Shown here: in pieces, positions 10,701 through 19,906 of the stretch | How positions within the stretch are numbered: the first letter of the stretch is position 1 | Layout: the number at the start of each line of letters is the position of its first letter | Source of the DNA: Trypanosoma brucei | Lineage: Eukaryota | Direction of reading: 5' to 3' | Assembly (NCBI GenBank): GCA_000002445.1 | Contig: AE017150.2 | Coordinates: forward strand, 736,001-800,000 | DNA: 64,000 nucleotides | Notes under the pieces: generated by a model | Told to the model about the DNA's origin: nothing | Seen by the model: the letters and a program-made list of their open reading frames with translations, nothing else | Database searches by the model: none | Position numbers and translations under genes: made by a program

Positions 10701-13700
10701 CAAGATCCGTATCAGCATTCCTTACAGCAACATCAGACACAAGAGCAGCTCGTGCATTGCCATCCTTGTCAGACTGTGAGGTGCGTACACGAACTCCAGC
10801 GGCATTCAACTTATTCGTTAGCTGTATGATCTCTTCTTCTGCTTCACGAAGACGTTGTTGCGTGTGTTGCAATTCTGTTGTGAAAGCTGCCACAGTTTGT
10901 TCAGGTGTTGTACCGTAACTCTCCAAACGGGAAACAGTTTCCTCAAGTTGCGTAAGTTTTGTCACATGTAGCTCACGTTCTGCAGACATTTTCTTCGTGG
11001 TTGAGTGCGCTGTACGGAGTTCCTCCTCAAGTGTAGAAACACGTTCCTCCATCTCAGTTGCCTTTTCTAAAGCAGCTTCCCGTTCCTCAGCAAGTCGCTC
11101 AAGTGCTACTAAAGCAGATGCCAATTGTGTACCAAGATCTGTATCAGCATTCCTTACAGCAACATCAGACACAAGAGCAGCTCGTGCATTGCCATCCTTG
11201 TCAGACTGTGAGGTGCGTACACGAACTCCAGCGGCATTCAACTTATTCGTTAGCTGTATGATCTCTTCTTCTGCTTCACGAAGACGTTGTTGCGTGTGTT
11301 GCAATTCTGTTGTGAAAGCTGCCACAGTTTGTTCAGGTGTTGTACCGTAACTCTCCAAACGGGAAACAGTTTCCTCAAGTTGCGTAAGTTTTGTCACATG
11401 TAGCTCACGTTCTGCAGACATTTTCTTCGTGGTTGAGTGCGCTGTACGGAGTTCCTCCTCAAGTGTAGAAACACGTTCCTCCATCTCAGTTGCCTTTTCT
11501 AAAGCAGCTTCCCGTTCCTCAGCAAGTCGCTCAAGTGCTACTAAAGCAGATGCCAATTGTGTACCAAGATCCGTATCAGCATTCCTTACAGCAACATCAG
11601 ACACAAGAGCAGCTCGTGCATTGCCATCCTTGTCAGACTGTGAGGTGCGTACACGAACTCCAGCGGCATTCAACTTATTCGTTAGCTGTATGATCTCTTC
11701 CTCTGCTTCACGAAGACGTTGTTGCGTGTGTTGCAATTCTGTTGTGAAAGCTGCCACAGTTTGTTCAGGTGTTGTACCGTAACTCTCCAAACGGGAAACA
11801 GTTTCCTCAAGTTGCGTAAGTTTTGTCACATGTAGCTCACGTTCTGCAGACATTTTCTTCGTGGTTGAGTGCGCTGTACGGAGTTCCTCCTCAAGTGTAG
11901 AAACACGTTCCTCCATCTCAGTTGCCTTTTCTAAAGCAGCTTCCCGTTCCTCAGCAAGTCGCTCAAGTGCTACTAAAGCAGATGCCAATTGTGTACCAAG
12001 ATCTGTATCAGCATTCCTTACAGCAACATCAGACACAAGAGCAGCTCGTGCATTGCCATCCTTGTCAGACTGTGAGGTGCGTACACGAACTCCAGCGGCA
12101 TTCAACTTATTCGTTAGCTGTATGATCTCTTCCTCTGCTTCACGAAGACGTTGTTGCGTGTGTTGCAATTCTGTTGTGAAAGCTGCCACAGTTTGTTCAG
12201 GTGTTGTACCGTAACTCTCCAAACGGGAAACAGTTTCCTCAAGTTGCGTAAGTTTTGTCACATGTAGCTCACGTTCTGCAGACATTTTCTTCGTGGTTGA
12301 GTGCGCTGTACGGAGTTCCTCCTCAAGTGTAGAAACACGTTCCTCCATCTCAGTTGCCTTTTCTAAAGCAGCTTCCCGTTCCTCAGCAAGTCGCTCAAGT
12401 GCTACTAAAGCAGATGCCAATTGTGTACCAAGATCCGTATCAGCATTCCTTACAGCAACATCAGACACAAGAGCAGCTCGTGCATTGCCATCCTTGTCAG
12501 ACTGTGAGGTGCGTACACGAACTCCAGCGGCATTCAACTTATTCGTTAGCTGTATGATCTCTTCTTCTGCTTCACGAAGACGTTGTTGCGTGTGTTGCAA
12601 TTCTGTTGTGAAAGCTGCCACAGTTTGTTCAGGTGTTGTACCGTAACTCTCCAAACGGGAAACAGTTTCCTCAAGTTGCGTAAGTTTTGTCACATGTAGC
12701 TCACGTTCTGCAGACATTTTCTTCGTGGTTGAGTGCGCTGTACGGAGTTCCTCCTCAAGTGTAGAAACACGTTCCTCCATCTCAGTTGCCTTTTCTAAAG
12801 CAGCTTCCCGTTCCTCAGCAAGTCGCTCAAGTGCTACTAAAGCAGATGCCAATTGTGTACCAAGATCCGTATCAGCATTCCTTACAGCAACATCAGACAC
12901 AAGAGCAGCTCGTGCATTGCCATCCTTGTCAGACTGTGAGGTGCGTACACGAACTCCAGCGGCATTCAACTTATTCGTTAGCTGTATGATCTCTTCTTCT
13001 GCTTCACGAAGACGTTGTTGCGTGTGTTGCAATTCTGTTGTGAAAGCTGCCACAGTTTGTTCAGGTGTTGTACCGTAACTCTCCAAACGGGAAACAGTTT
13101 CCTCAAGTTGCGTAAGTTTTGTCACATGTAGCTCACGTTCTGCAGACATTTTCTTCGTGGTTGAGTGCGCTGTACGGAGTTCCTCCTCAAGTGTAGAAAC
13201 ACGTTCCTCCATCTCAGTTGCCTTTTCTAAAGCAGCTTCCCGTTCCTCAGCAAGTCGCTCAAGTGCTACTAAAGCAGATGCCAATTGTGTACCAAGATCT
13301 GTATCAGCATTCCTTACAGCAACATCAGACACAAGAGCAGCTCGTGCATTGCCATCCTTGTCAGACTGTGAGGTGCGTACACGAACTCCAGCGGCATTCA
13401 ACTTATTCGTTAGCTGTATGATCTCTTCCTCTGCTTCACGAAGACGTTGTTGCGTGTGTTGCAATTCTGTTGTGAAAGCTGCCACAGTTTGTTCAGGTGT
13501 TGTACCGTAACTCTCCAAACGGGAAACAGTTTCCTCAAGTTGCGTAAGTTTTGTCACATGTAGCTCACGTTCTGCAGACATTTTCTTCGTGGTTGAGTGC
13601 GCTGTACGGAGTTCCTCCTCAAGTGTAGAAACACGTTCCTCCATCTCAGTTGCCTTTTCTAAAGCAGCTTCCCGTTCCTCAGCAAGTCGCTCAAGTGCTA

Positions 13701-16700
13701 CTAAAGCAGATGCCAATTGTGTACCAAGATCCGTATCAGCATTCCTTACAGCAACATCAGACACAAGAGCAGCTCGTGCATTGCCATCCTTGTCAGACTG
13801 TGAGGTGCGTACACGAACTCCAGCGGCATTCAACTTATTCGTTAGCTGTATGATCTCTTCTTCTGCTTCACGAAGACGTTGTTGCGTGTGTTGCAATTCT
13901 GTTGTGAAAGCTGCCACAGTTTGTTCAGGTGTTGTACCGTAACTCTCCAAACGGGAAACAGTTTCCTCAAGTTGCGTAAGTTTTGTCACATGTAGCTCAC
14001 GTTCTGCAGACATTTTCTTCGTGGTTGAGTGCGCTGTACGGAGTTCCTCCTCAAGTGTAGAAACACGTTCCTCCATCTCAGTTGCCTTTTCTAAAGCAGC
14101 TTCCCGTTCCTCAGCAAGTCGCTCAAGTGCTACTAAAGCAGATGCCAATTGTGTACCAAGATCCGTATCAGCATTCCTTACAGCAACATCAGACACAAGA
14201 GCAGCTCGTGCATTGCCATCCTTGTCAGACTGTGAGGTGCGTACACGAACTCCAGCGGCATTCAACTTATTCGTTAGCTGTATGATCTCTTCCTCTGCTT
14301 CACGAAGACGTTGTTGCGTGTGTTGCAATTCTGTTGTGAAAGCTGCCACAGTTTGTTCAGGTGTTGTACCGTAACTCTCCAAACGGGAAACAGTTTCCTC
14401 AAGTTGCGTAAGTTTTGTCACATGTAGCTCACGTTCTGCAGACATTTTCTTCGTGGTTGAGTGCGCTGTACGGAGTTCCTCCTCAAGTGTAGAAACACGG
14501 TCCTCCATCTCAGTTGCCTTTTCTAAAGCAGCTTCCCGTTCCTCAGCAAGTCGCTCAAGTGCTACTAAAGCAGATGCCAATTGTGTACCAAGATCCGTAT
14601 CAGCATTCCTTACAGCAACATCAGACACAAGAGCAGCTCGTGCATTGCCATCCTTGTCAGACTGTGAGGTGCGTACACGAACTCCAGCGGCATTCAACTT
14701 ATTCGTTAGCTGTATGATCTCTTCCTCTGCTTCACGAAGACGTTGTTGCGTGTGTTGCAATTCTGTTGTGAAAGCTGCCACAGTTTGTTCAGGTGTTGTA
14801 CCGTAACTCTCCAAACGGGAAACAGTTTCCTTAAGTTGCGTAAGTTTTGTCACATGTAGCTCACGTTCTGCAGACATTTTCTTCGTGGTTGAGTGCGCTG
14901 TACGGAGTTCCTCCTCAAGTGTAGAAACACGTTCCTCCATCTCAGTTGCCTTTTCTAAAGCAGCTTCCCGTTCCTCAGCAAGTCGCTCAAGTGCTACTAA
15001 AGCAGATGCCAATTGTGTACCAAGATCCGTATCAGCATTCCTTACAGCAACATCAGACACAAGAGCAGCTCGTGCATTGCCATCCTTGTCAGACTGTGAG
15101 GTGCGTACACGAACTCCAGCGGCATTCAACTTATTCGTTAGCTGTATGATCTCTTCCTCTGCTTCACGAAGACGTTGTTGCGTGTGTTGCAATTCTGTTG
15201 TGAAAGCTGCCACAGTTTGTTCAGGTGTTGTACCGTAACTCTCCAAACGGGAAACAGTTTCCTCAAGTTGCGTAAGTTTTGTCACATGTAGCTCACGTTC
15301 TGCAGACATTTTCTTCGTGGTTGAGTGCGCTGTACGGAGTTCCTCCTCAAGTGTAGAAACACGTTCCTCCATCTCAGTTGCCTTTTCTAAAGCAGCTTCC
15401 CGTTCCTCAGCAAGTCGCTCAAGTGCTACTAAAGCAGATGCCAATTGTGTACCAAGATCCGTATCAGCATTCCTTACAGCAACATCAGACACAAGAGCAG
15501 CTCGTGCATTGCCATCCTTGTCAGACTGTGAGGTGCGTACACGAACTCCAGCGGCATTCAACTTATTCGTTAGCTGTATGATCTCTTGCTCTGCTTCACG
15601 AAGACGTTGTTGCGTGTGTTGCAATTCTGTTGTGAAAGCTGCCACAGTTTGTTCAGGTGTTGTACCGTAACTCTCCAAACGGGAAACAGTTTCCTCAAGT
15701 TGCGTAAGTTTTGTCACATGTAGCTCACGTTCTGCAGACATTTTCTTCGTGGTTGAGTGCGCTGTACGGAGTTCCTCCTCAAGTGTAGAAACACGTTCCT
15801 CCATCTCAGTTGCCTTTTCTAAAGCAGCTTCCCGTTCCTCAGCAAGTCGCTCAAGTGCTACTAAAGCAGATGCCAATTGTGTACCAAGATCCGTATCAGC
15901 ATTCCTTACAGCAACATCAGACACAAGAGCAGCTCGTGCATTGCCATCCTTGTCAGACTGTGAGGTGCGTACACGAACTCCAGCGGCATTCAACTTATTC
16001 GTTAGCTGTATGATCTCTTCCTCTGCTTCACGAAGACGTTGTTGCGTGTGTTGCAATTCTGTTGTGAAAGCTGCCACAGTTTGTTCAGGTGTTGTACCGT
16101 AACTCTCCAAACGGGAAACAGTTTCCTCAAGTTGCGTAAGTTTTGTCACATGTAGCTCACGTTCTGCAGACATTTTCTTCGTGGTTGAGTGCGCTGTACG
16201 GAGTTCCTCCTCAAGTGTAGAAACACGTTCCTCCATCTCAGTTGCCTTTTCTAAAGCAGCTTCCCGTTCCTCAGCAAGTCGCTCAAGTGCTACTAAAGCA
16301 GATGCCAATTGTGTACCAAGATCCGTATCAGCATTCCTTACAGCAACATCAGACACAAGAGCAGCTCGTGCATTGCCATCCTTGTCAGACTGTGAGGTGC
16401 GTACACGAACTCCAGCGGCATTCAACTTATTCGTTAGCTGTATGATCTCTTCCTCTGCTTCACGAAGACGTTGTTGCGTGTGTTGCAATTCTGTTGTGAA
16501 AGCTGCCACAGTTTGTTCAGGTGTTGTACCGTAACTCTCCAAACGGGAAACAGTTTCCTCAAGTTGCGTAAGTTTTGTCACATGTAGCTCACGTTCTGCA
16601 GACATTTTCTTCGTGGTTGAGTGCGCTGTACGGAGTTCCTCCTCAAGTGTAGAAACACGTTCCTCCATTTCAGTTGCTCTTGCTAGTGTAGCATCGTGCT

Positions 16701-18711
16701 GTTCTGCTAGCTGTGTTAGGGCTGCCAAGGCGGAGGATAACTGTGTTTTCAATCCGGCATTATATGTTCTCAGTGATCCTTCTGTATCATTTGGTGTTAA
16801 ACTTCCACTTCTTGTTGTACTTGTTGAGCGGCCCCGAGCTCCAGCCGCATTCAGCTTATTCGTTAGTTGCACGTTCTCTTCCCCTGCCTCGCGAAGGCAC
16901 TTCTGTGTGTGCTGCAGTTCCGTTTTCAGTGCTTCTATGACTTCTGTTAAACCTTCTTCTGTCATCTTGTGCTTGATTATGGCTTGTTCGTACTCGTCAT
17001 TTTGAGCTGACGACAATTCCTTGTTATTCCCTGTGGCATTGTGACCGCTATCGGCTTTTTGTGGTTGGTTTAGTTTCTCATGTTGCACATTTGCAGTAAT
17101 ATATTGCGAATCATTTCCTGACCTTGATGGCATCTGTGTCTCTCTTGTCACTAACTCTATTGATTCCTCTTTATTCCCGCCTTGTGGAATGTTCTTTTCA
17201 CCGCTTATGGAGCCTGATATTTGTATTTTTTCTCTGAGTTGATGATGAAAGTTGTTGATCACATAGCTATCTTCGGTGATCCTTTCTTGAGCAGTCTGCA
17301 GTTGGTTTTGTGTGTGGGAAAGGCTTTTCGTTAGTTCTGCAGCGTGTTCTCTCGATTTCTGAAGGGCGGCCTCTAGTTGCTGCTGAAGATTTTGGAGGTT
17401 AAATATTTCTTCGCTCGCTTTTTGGAGCAGGATGTCCTTCGCTTCTCCTTCCCTACGGAGCAAGAAGAACTGCTGTTGAAGTGTGTGCTGTTGTAGTTCC
17501 AGCATTCTGTACACTTCATCATCGTTGTTTGTATTTGTGTCTGTTTTGTTCTCGTCTGTTGTCTCCATTTGTGTGTCAGGTGCCCCACGTTGTACTGCTT
17601 GCTCAGTTTTGCGCTGTAGTAGTTGTGAAGTAAGATCCTCAATCGTCCTGTGCTGTTCGTCACACATTTCCTGCAATTGTTCCTTTTGCTCCTGCAGTGC
17701 GGTGTTTTGTTGGTGAAGGTTGTTTCGCGCTTGTATTGCTTCCCTAAGGCTTTCTTCGTAGTCTTCACGTTCTTTTCGAAGAAGCTGCTGTAGATCCGTT
17801 ATCTCTGTACGTGTCACCTGTAACAGGTACCTTGATTGCGCCAATTCCTCTTCATGACTCGTGTTTTCACTTTTCCCCATTTCTGCAGCGACAGCGTGGT
17901 GCCTAATACACTCACGTTCCCTTTCAAGCTCTTTAGTTAGCTCCAGAAGTTCTTCCTCAAGTTTTTTGTTCTTCTCTTCAAGCGCACTTATCTCTTGACG
18001 GCCAACATGTCGTTCACCTCCAGATGGGACATATTTGCCTTGTGAATTTACGGACACTAGCTTATCCCTAAGCTGTCGCACCTCCCCTTCCGATTCGTCA
18101 AGTTTTTGACGCAGTTCTTCGTTTTCTCGCTTGCAGCGGTATATTACGTCGTTGCATGCACTATGCTCGCGCAAAAGGCAATCAAAACGATGATTTTTGT
18201 CCTGCAACTCACGATGGAGGCGTGCAGCCTCATTTTTGTAGTCATCACGCAACTGATACGCACGGCTAAGGGTATTATGCACATGAGTCATATCTCCCTC
18301 CAAGCGATTTGTGTACTCCATGCGCTCCTCCTCTGACATGTCCGCCAAGCCCCGACGCCCAGCGAAGATGGTGGGGTGCATTCCCATAGGAGCAGTTTGT
18401 TTGGAGCTGAGAAGCGGCATTATGCTGGGTTCCTCACGTGACATGCCGACGAGTGCAGAATTAGTCAGCAACCCCGTAGGAGATGGTAAAGGATTGTTGA
18501 GACGAGGTATGGAATCCGTTGCGGCCAATCCTCGCACATTAATTGGTGCCGCCAGCCGCGGTGTGAGCAGCGGCGGTGTCTCATGTGTCAAACCTCCTTG
18601 GATGCTGCTGGCGCTTCGGTTGCTTCTCACATGCCCAATATTTTCGGGTGGTGGAGTCCACGTTCGTGTGAAGAAACCGGGGTACCGCCGTGCGTCCCCA
18701 GCAGAAAACAT
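7768..18711 (-). CDS. NUP-1: Giant coiled-coil nucleoskeletal (lamin-like) protein NUP-1, with a central array of about 18 repeats of 144 aa
   Basis: Seen in sequence: a 3647-aa ORF with a verified ATG at 18709-18711 and an in-frame TAA immediately upstream. The N-terminal and C-terminal regions are unique, heptad-rich and E/K/L/Q-rich. The centre consists of near-perfect 144-aa repeats (...KATEMEERVSTLEEELRTAHSTTKKMSAERELHVTKLTQLEETVSRLESYGTTPEQTVAAFTTELQHTQQRLREAEEEIIQLTNKLNAAGVRVRTSQSDKDGNARAALVSDVAVRNADTDLGTQLASALVALERLAEEREAALE...). Established knowledge, from memory: T. brucei NUP-1 is a protein of about 400 kDa built from roughly 20 repeats of 144 aa, encoded just downstream of PEPCK on chromosome 2. 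Confidence 0.85.
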   Translation of the reverse strand: MFSAGDARRYPGFFTRTWTPPPENIGHVRSNRSASSIQGGLTHETPPLLTPRLAAPINVRGLAATDSIPRLNNPLPSPTGLLTNSALVGMSREEPSIMPLLSSKQTAPMGMHPTIFAGRRGLADMSEEERMEYTNRLEGDMTHVHNTLSRAYQLRDDYKNEAARLHRELQDKNHRFDCLLREHSACNDVIYRCKRENEELRQKLDESEGEVRQLRDKLVSVNSQGKYVPSGGERHVGRQEISALEEKNKKLEEELLELTKELERERECIRHHAVAAEMGKSENTSHEEELAQSRYLLQVTRTEITDLQQLLRKEREDYEESLREAIQARNNLHQQNTALQEQKEQLQEMCDEQHRTIEDLTSQLLQRKTEQAVQRGAPDTQMETTDENKTDTNTNNDDEVYRMLELQQHTLQQQFFLLRREGEAKDILLQKASEEIFNLQNLQQQLEAALQKSREHAAELTKSLSHTQNQLQTAQERITEDSYVINNFHHQLREKIQISGSISGEKNIPQGGNKEESIELVTRETQMPSRSGNDSQYITANVQHEKLNQPQKADSGHNATGNNKELSSAQNDEYEQAIIKHKMTEEGLTEVIEALKTELQHTQKCLREAGEENVQLTNKLNAAGARGRSTSTTRSGSLTPNDTEGSLRTYNAGLKTQLSSALAALTQLAEQHDATLARATEMEERVSTLEEELRTAHSTTKKMSAERELHVTKLTQLEETVSRLESYGTTPEQTVAAFTTELQHTQQRLREAEEEIIQLTNKLNAAGVRVRTSQSDKDGNARAALVSDVAVRNADTDLGTQLASALVALERLAEEREAALEKATEMEERVSTLEEELRTAHSTTKKMSAERELHVTKLTQLEETVSRLESYGTTPEQTVAAFTTELQHTQQRLREAEEEIIQLTNKLNAAGVRVRTSQSDKDGNARAALVSDVAVRNADTDLGTQLASALVALERLAEEREAALEKATEMEERVSTLEEELRTAHSTTKKMSAERELHVTKLTQLEETVSRLESYGTTPEQTVAAFTTELQHTQQRLREAEQEIIQLTNKLNAAGVRVRTSQSDKDGNARAALVSDVAVRNADTDLGTQLASALVALERLAEEREAALEKATEMEERVSTLEEELRTAHSTTKKMSAERELHVTKLTQLEETVSRLESYGTTPEQTVAAFTTELQHTQQRLREAEEEIIQLTNKLNAAGVRVRTSQSDKDGNARAALVSDVAVRNADTDLGTQLASALVALERLAEEREAALEKATEMEERVSTLEEELRTAHSTTKKMSAERELHVTKLTQLKETVSRLESYGTTPEQTVAAFTTELQHTQQRLREAEEEIIQLTNKLNAAGVRVRTSQSDKDGNARAALVSDVAVRNADTDLGTQLASALVALERLAEEREAALEKATEMEDRVSTLEEELRTAHSTTKKMSAERELHVTKLTQLEETVSRLESYGTTPEQTVAAFTTELQHTQQRLREAEEEIIQLTNKLNAAGVRVRTSQSDKDGNARAALVSDVAVRNADTDLGTQLASALVALERLAEEREAALEKATEMEERVSTLEEELRTAHSTTKKMSAERELHVTKLTQLEETVSRLESYGTTPEQTVAAFTTELQHTQQRLREAEEEIIQLTNKLNAAGVRVRTSQSDKDGNARAALVSDVAVRNADTDLGTQLASALVALERLAEEREAALEKATEMEERVSTLEEELRTAHSTTKKMSAERELHVTKLTQLEETVSRLESYGTTPEQTVAAFTTELQHTQQRLREAEEEIIQLTNKLNAAGVRVRTSQSDKDGNARAALVSDVAVRNADTDLGTQLASALVALERLAEEREAALEKATEMEERVSTLEEELRTAHSTTKKMSAERELHVTKLTQLEETVSRLESYGTTPEQTVAAFTTELQHTQQRLREAEEEIIQLTNKLNAAGVRVRTSQSDKDGNARAALVSDVAVRNADTDLGTQLASALVALERLAEEREAALEKATEMEERVSTLEEELRTAHSTTKKMSAERELHVTKLTQLEETVSRLESYGTTPEQTVAAFTTELQHTQQRLREAEEEIIQLTNKLNAAGVRVRTSQSDKDGNARAALVSDVAVRNADTDLGTQLASALVALERLAEEREAALEKATEMEERVSTLEEELRTAHSTTKKMSAERELHVTKLTQLEETVSRLESYGTTPEQTVAAFTTELQHTQQRLREAEEEIIQLTNKLNAAGVRVRTSQSDKDGNARAALVSDVAVRNADTDLGTQLASALVALERLAEEREAALEKATEMEERVSTLEEELRTAHSTTKKMSAERELHVTKLTQLEETVSRLESYGTTPEQTVAAFTTELQHTQQRLREAEEEIIQLTNKLNAAGVRVRTSQSDKDGNARAALVSDVAVRNADTDLGTQLASALVALERLAEEREAALEKATEMEERVSTLEEELRTAHSTTKKMSAERELHVTKLTQLEETVSRLESYGTTPEQTVAAFTTELQHTQQRLREAEEEIIQLTNKLNAAGVRVRTSQSDKDGNARAALVSDVAVRNADTDLGTQLASALVALERLAEEREAALEKATEMEERVSTLEEELRTAHSTTKKMSAERELHVTKLTQLEETVSRLESYGTTPEQTVAAFTTELQHTQQRLREAEEEIIQLTNKLNAAGVRVRTSQSDKDGNARAALVSDVAVRNADTDLGTQLASALVALERLAEEREAALEKATEMEERVSTLEEELRTAHSTTKKMSAERELHVTKLTQLEETVSRLESYGTTPEQTVAAFTTELQHTQQRLREAEEEIIQLTNKLNAAGVRVRTSQSDKDGNARAALVSDVAVRNADTDLGTQLASALVALERLAEEREAALEKATEMEERVSTLEEELRTAHSTTKKMSAERELHVTKLTQLEETVSRLESYGTTPEQTVAAFTTELQHTQQRLREAEEEIIQLTNKLNAAGVRVRTSQSDKDGNARAALVSDVAVRNADTDLGTQLASALVALERLAEEREAALEKATEMEERVSTLEEELRTAHSTTKKMSAERELHVTKLTQLEETVSRLESYGTTPEQTVAAFTTELQHTQQRLREAEEEIIQLTNKLNAAGVRVRTSQSDKDGNARAALVSDVAVRNADTDLGTQLASALVALERLAEEREAALEKATEMEERVSTLEEELRTAKEKLERSVEEISFLKDEVLVSNRLLVDSVSSLNGKVGDSDGAVGADVERLSRVVDELHAQVSATKRGFEEFYDRRSEGCVTELIVARRSVDRSNDARRRLEERNVRLEQDLERKCLEVVKLQKECQRLEQFVRAKDVRGAHSVLGVDGSVDVSSVGAEPVDLEAVDLAQFLQISSLHADLMLCRKTCRQLESNQEELLLSLEQNSSQSNAYLEDLDEIRQQLVEMRQQREELIAERRTLTERVDELGRERGEEVSRLKQQNNSLSAQLQASRNKLSALEASKREGELAARQQAEELAKAFSLMEAQVQTLREEVASTSGSPKRQSGSSRQKAVVEGDEARIRMSQARVTFLEKALQRKDEEVQRLQDELVQKDEQLDQYEQDAAKAAQDAENASRKTLQLESAVQKLQGDKKGLEDELRYAKTRVVTYGGRVSSEVAQHSSPPEQQIRGSPVLGAGRTTRERVSLSVESSHHSRITEQTQRQVRQVMDIRSTRKRSRSANAVS
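9277..16680. repeat. Tandem array of a 432-bp unit (144 codons) in about 17.1 near-identical copies; this is the coding repeat of the NUP-1 gene
   Basis: Seen in sequence: the anchor 'gctgtacggagttcctcctcaagtgtagaaacacgttcctccatctcagttgcc' recurs at 9281, 9713, 10145 and so on to 16625, at exact 432-bp spacing. Copies differ at only a few positions: C/T at 9411/9843-type sites, T/C in ttcttctgc versus ttcctctgc, and singletons at 14499, 14831 and 15587. The period is a multiple of 3, so the frame is maintained. Confidence 0.95.
16681..17020. repeat. Diverged terminal copy of the 432-bp unit, corresponding to the first and most degenerate protein repeat
   Basis: Seen in sequence: nucleotide identity to the array falls off after about 16680. 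The encoded peptide (…ATEMEERVSTLEEELRTAHS… preceded by LTEVIEALKTELQHTQKCLREAGEENVQLTNKLNAAGARGRS…) is still recognisably homologous to the repeat unit. Confidence 0.6.
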
Positions 18712-18834
18712 TTAGTTGACCACTTCTTAATGTGATCCTGACTCCTGCTGTCGCTGTGGCTATTTCAACGCTTCTCCTTATTGTTGTCTGTTTGTGTATT
18801 TGTATGTGCTAACCCTTTCGATTTCCTTCGTCAA

Positions 18835-18905
18835 AATGAACGAATAAATGAGAAAAAAAGGATAAAAGAGAAGAAAAAAGGAAAAGACTAGTTGAAGTTT
18901 TCTCT
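18835..18905 (-). promoter_or_regulatory. Polypyrimidine tract (on the minus strand) upstream of the NUP-1 ATG; candidate splice-acceptor region
   Basis: Seen in sequence: the + strand reads gagaaaaaaaggataaaagagaagaaaaaaggaaaagactag, which is pyrimidine-rich on the minus strand, about 130-190 nt upstream of the ATG at 18711. The role is assigned by analogy only. Confidence 0.3.
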
Positions 18906-19906
18906 CCCCCTTGTCTGCCTATATATATATATATATTTAAAACTTTGACGATTAAGTCAATATTCCAAATTAGTGTGGAGTCCTCACCGGCATCAGGCAT
19001 TCCACTATGCTTCAGCCCATCCTCACGAACTATTCATCATTTTTTTTTGTTACTTTGATCTTCCTCCTGCCATTTATGAAGTATTAATCCACACAGGGTG
19101 CTGTGAAGTCTGGCCGTTACATTTACTACATGATAATATAGCGAAACGAAGGGTGGCGAGATTTTTTGAACAAATGAGAATATCGCCTAGAGGTTTCGAA
19201 ACCGAACATTGTAAAGGTCGAAGGATTCGGTCCATTGGTTCGTATCTGTGAGACAAAGTTTGGTGATGGAACCGGAAAAAAAAATACAAAGTAGAAGGAT
19301 GAAAAACACTCCCTCACATACGGCTACAAAAATATGCTTGTATGCGTAAAAATAAATAAATACCAGAACTCTTCGGAGTATGTGGCATCCATTTTTAAGC
19401 GCATCATTCAACTGGGCACTATTATTACGATTCCGCTCAACTCACCACATCGCCGGTTAGCCGATCAGCGTTGTTTTGTGAGAGTTCGTAGGCGCATATA
19501 CATGCGAGTGACCGTAAAAGAAAATAAAACGAGCGATAAAATGAAAAAAAAAAGGAAAAACAATTAAAAAGGAAAGCCCGGTATTTCCTCATCCCACTTT
19601 GTGCAGCACTTTCTCAGTGTAAAGACCAGTCCGGTTGAGACTGTTGTGTAATAACTTAGTGCGGGGAAATACCTTAGTTTTAGTACCCTACCTTACACAC
19701 TGCATGTATCTCAGAAGAAACGAGATCACACACTTCCGCAAAGCCTATAACCCATTTTTCTTCATGTTGGTATCCATCACAAAAAGCACACTCGAGTAAA
19801 CACGCTCACGTACCGCTATGACTCTCAAACGCATAGATACACACGTACAAACCTTCCCCCTTAGTTTCTTTTTCTTTTTTTTTGTGTGTGTGTGCTATTT
19901 CGTCCC

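Noticed and set aside
9277-16680. A regularly spaced direct-repeat array that could superficially be mistaken for a CRISPR or satellite array
   Set aside because: The 432-bp period is a multiple of 3. The whole array lies inside one 11 kb ORF with no unique spacers between units. The genome is eukaryotic (kinetoplastid). It is a protein-coding tandem repeat, not a CRISPR array.
9330-17005. A series of + strand ORFs of 117 aa and 67 aa recurring every 432 bp (MVECAVRSSSSSVETRSS… and MPFLKQLPVPQQVAQ…) antisense to the NUP-1 repeats
   Set aside because: These are reading-frame echoes of the minus-strand coiled-coil repeat, since a GAG/GAA/AAG-rich sense strand leaves open frames on the antisense. 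They are Ser/Cys/Val-rich low-complexity translations, and they tile with exactly the repeat period. They are not independent genes.
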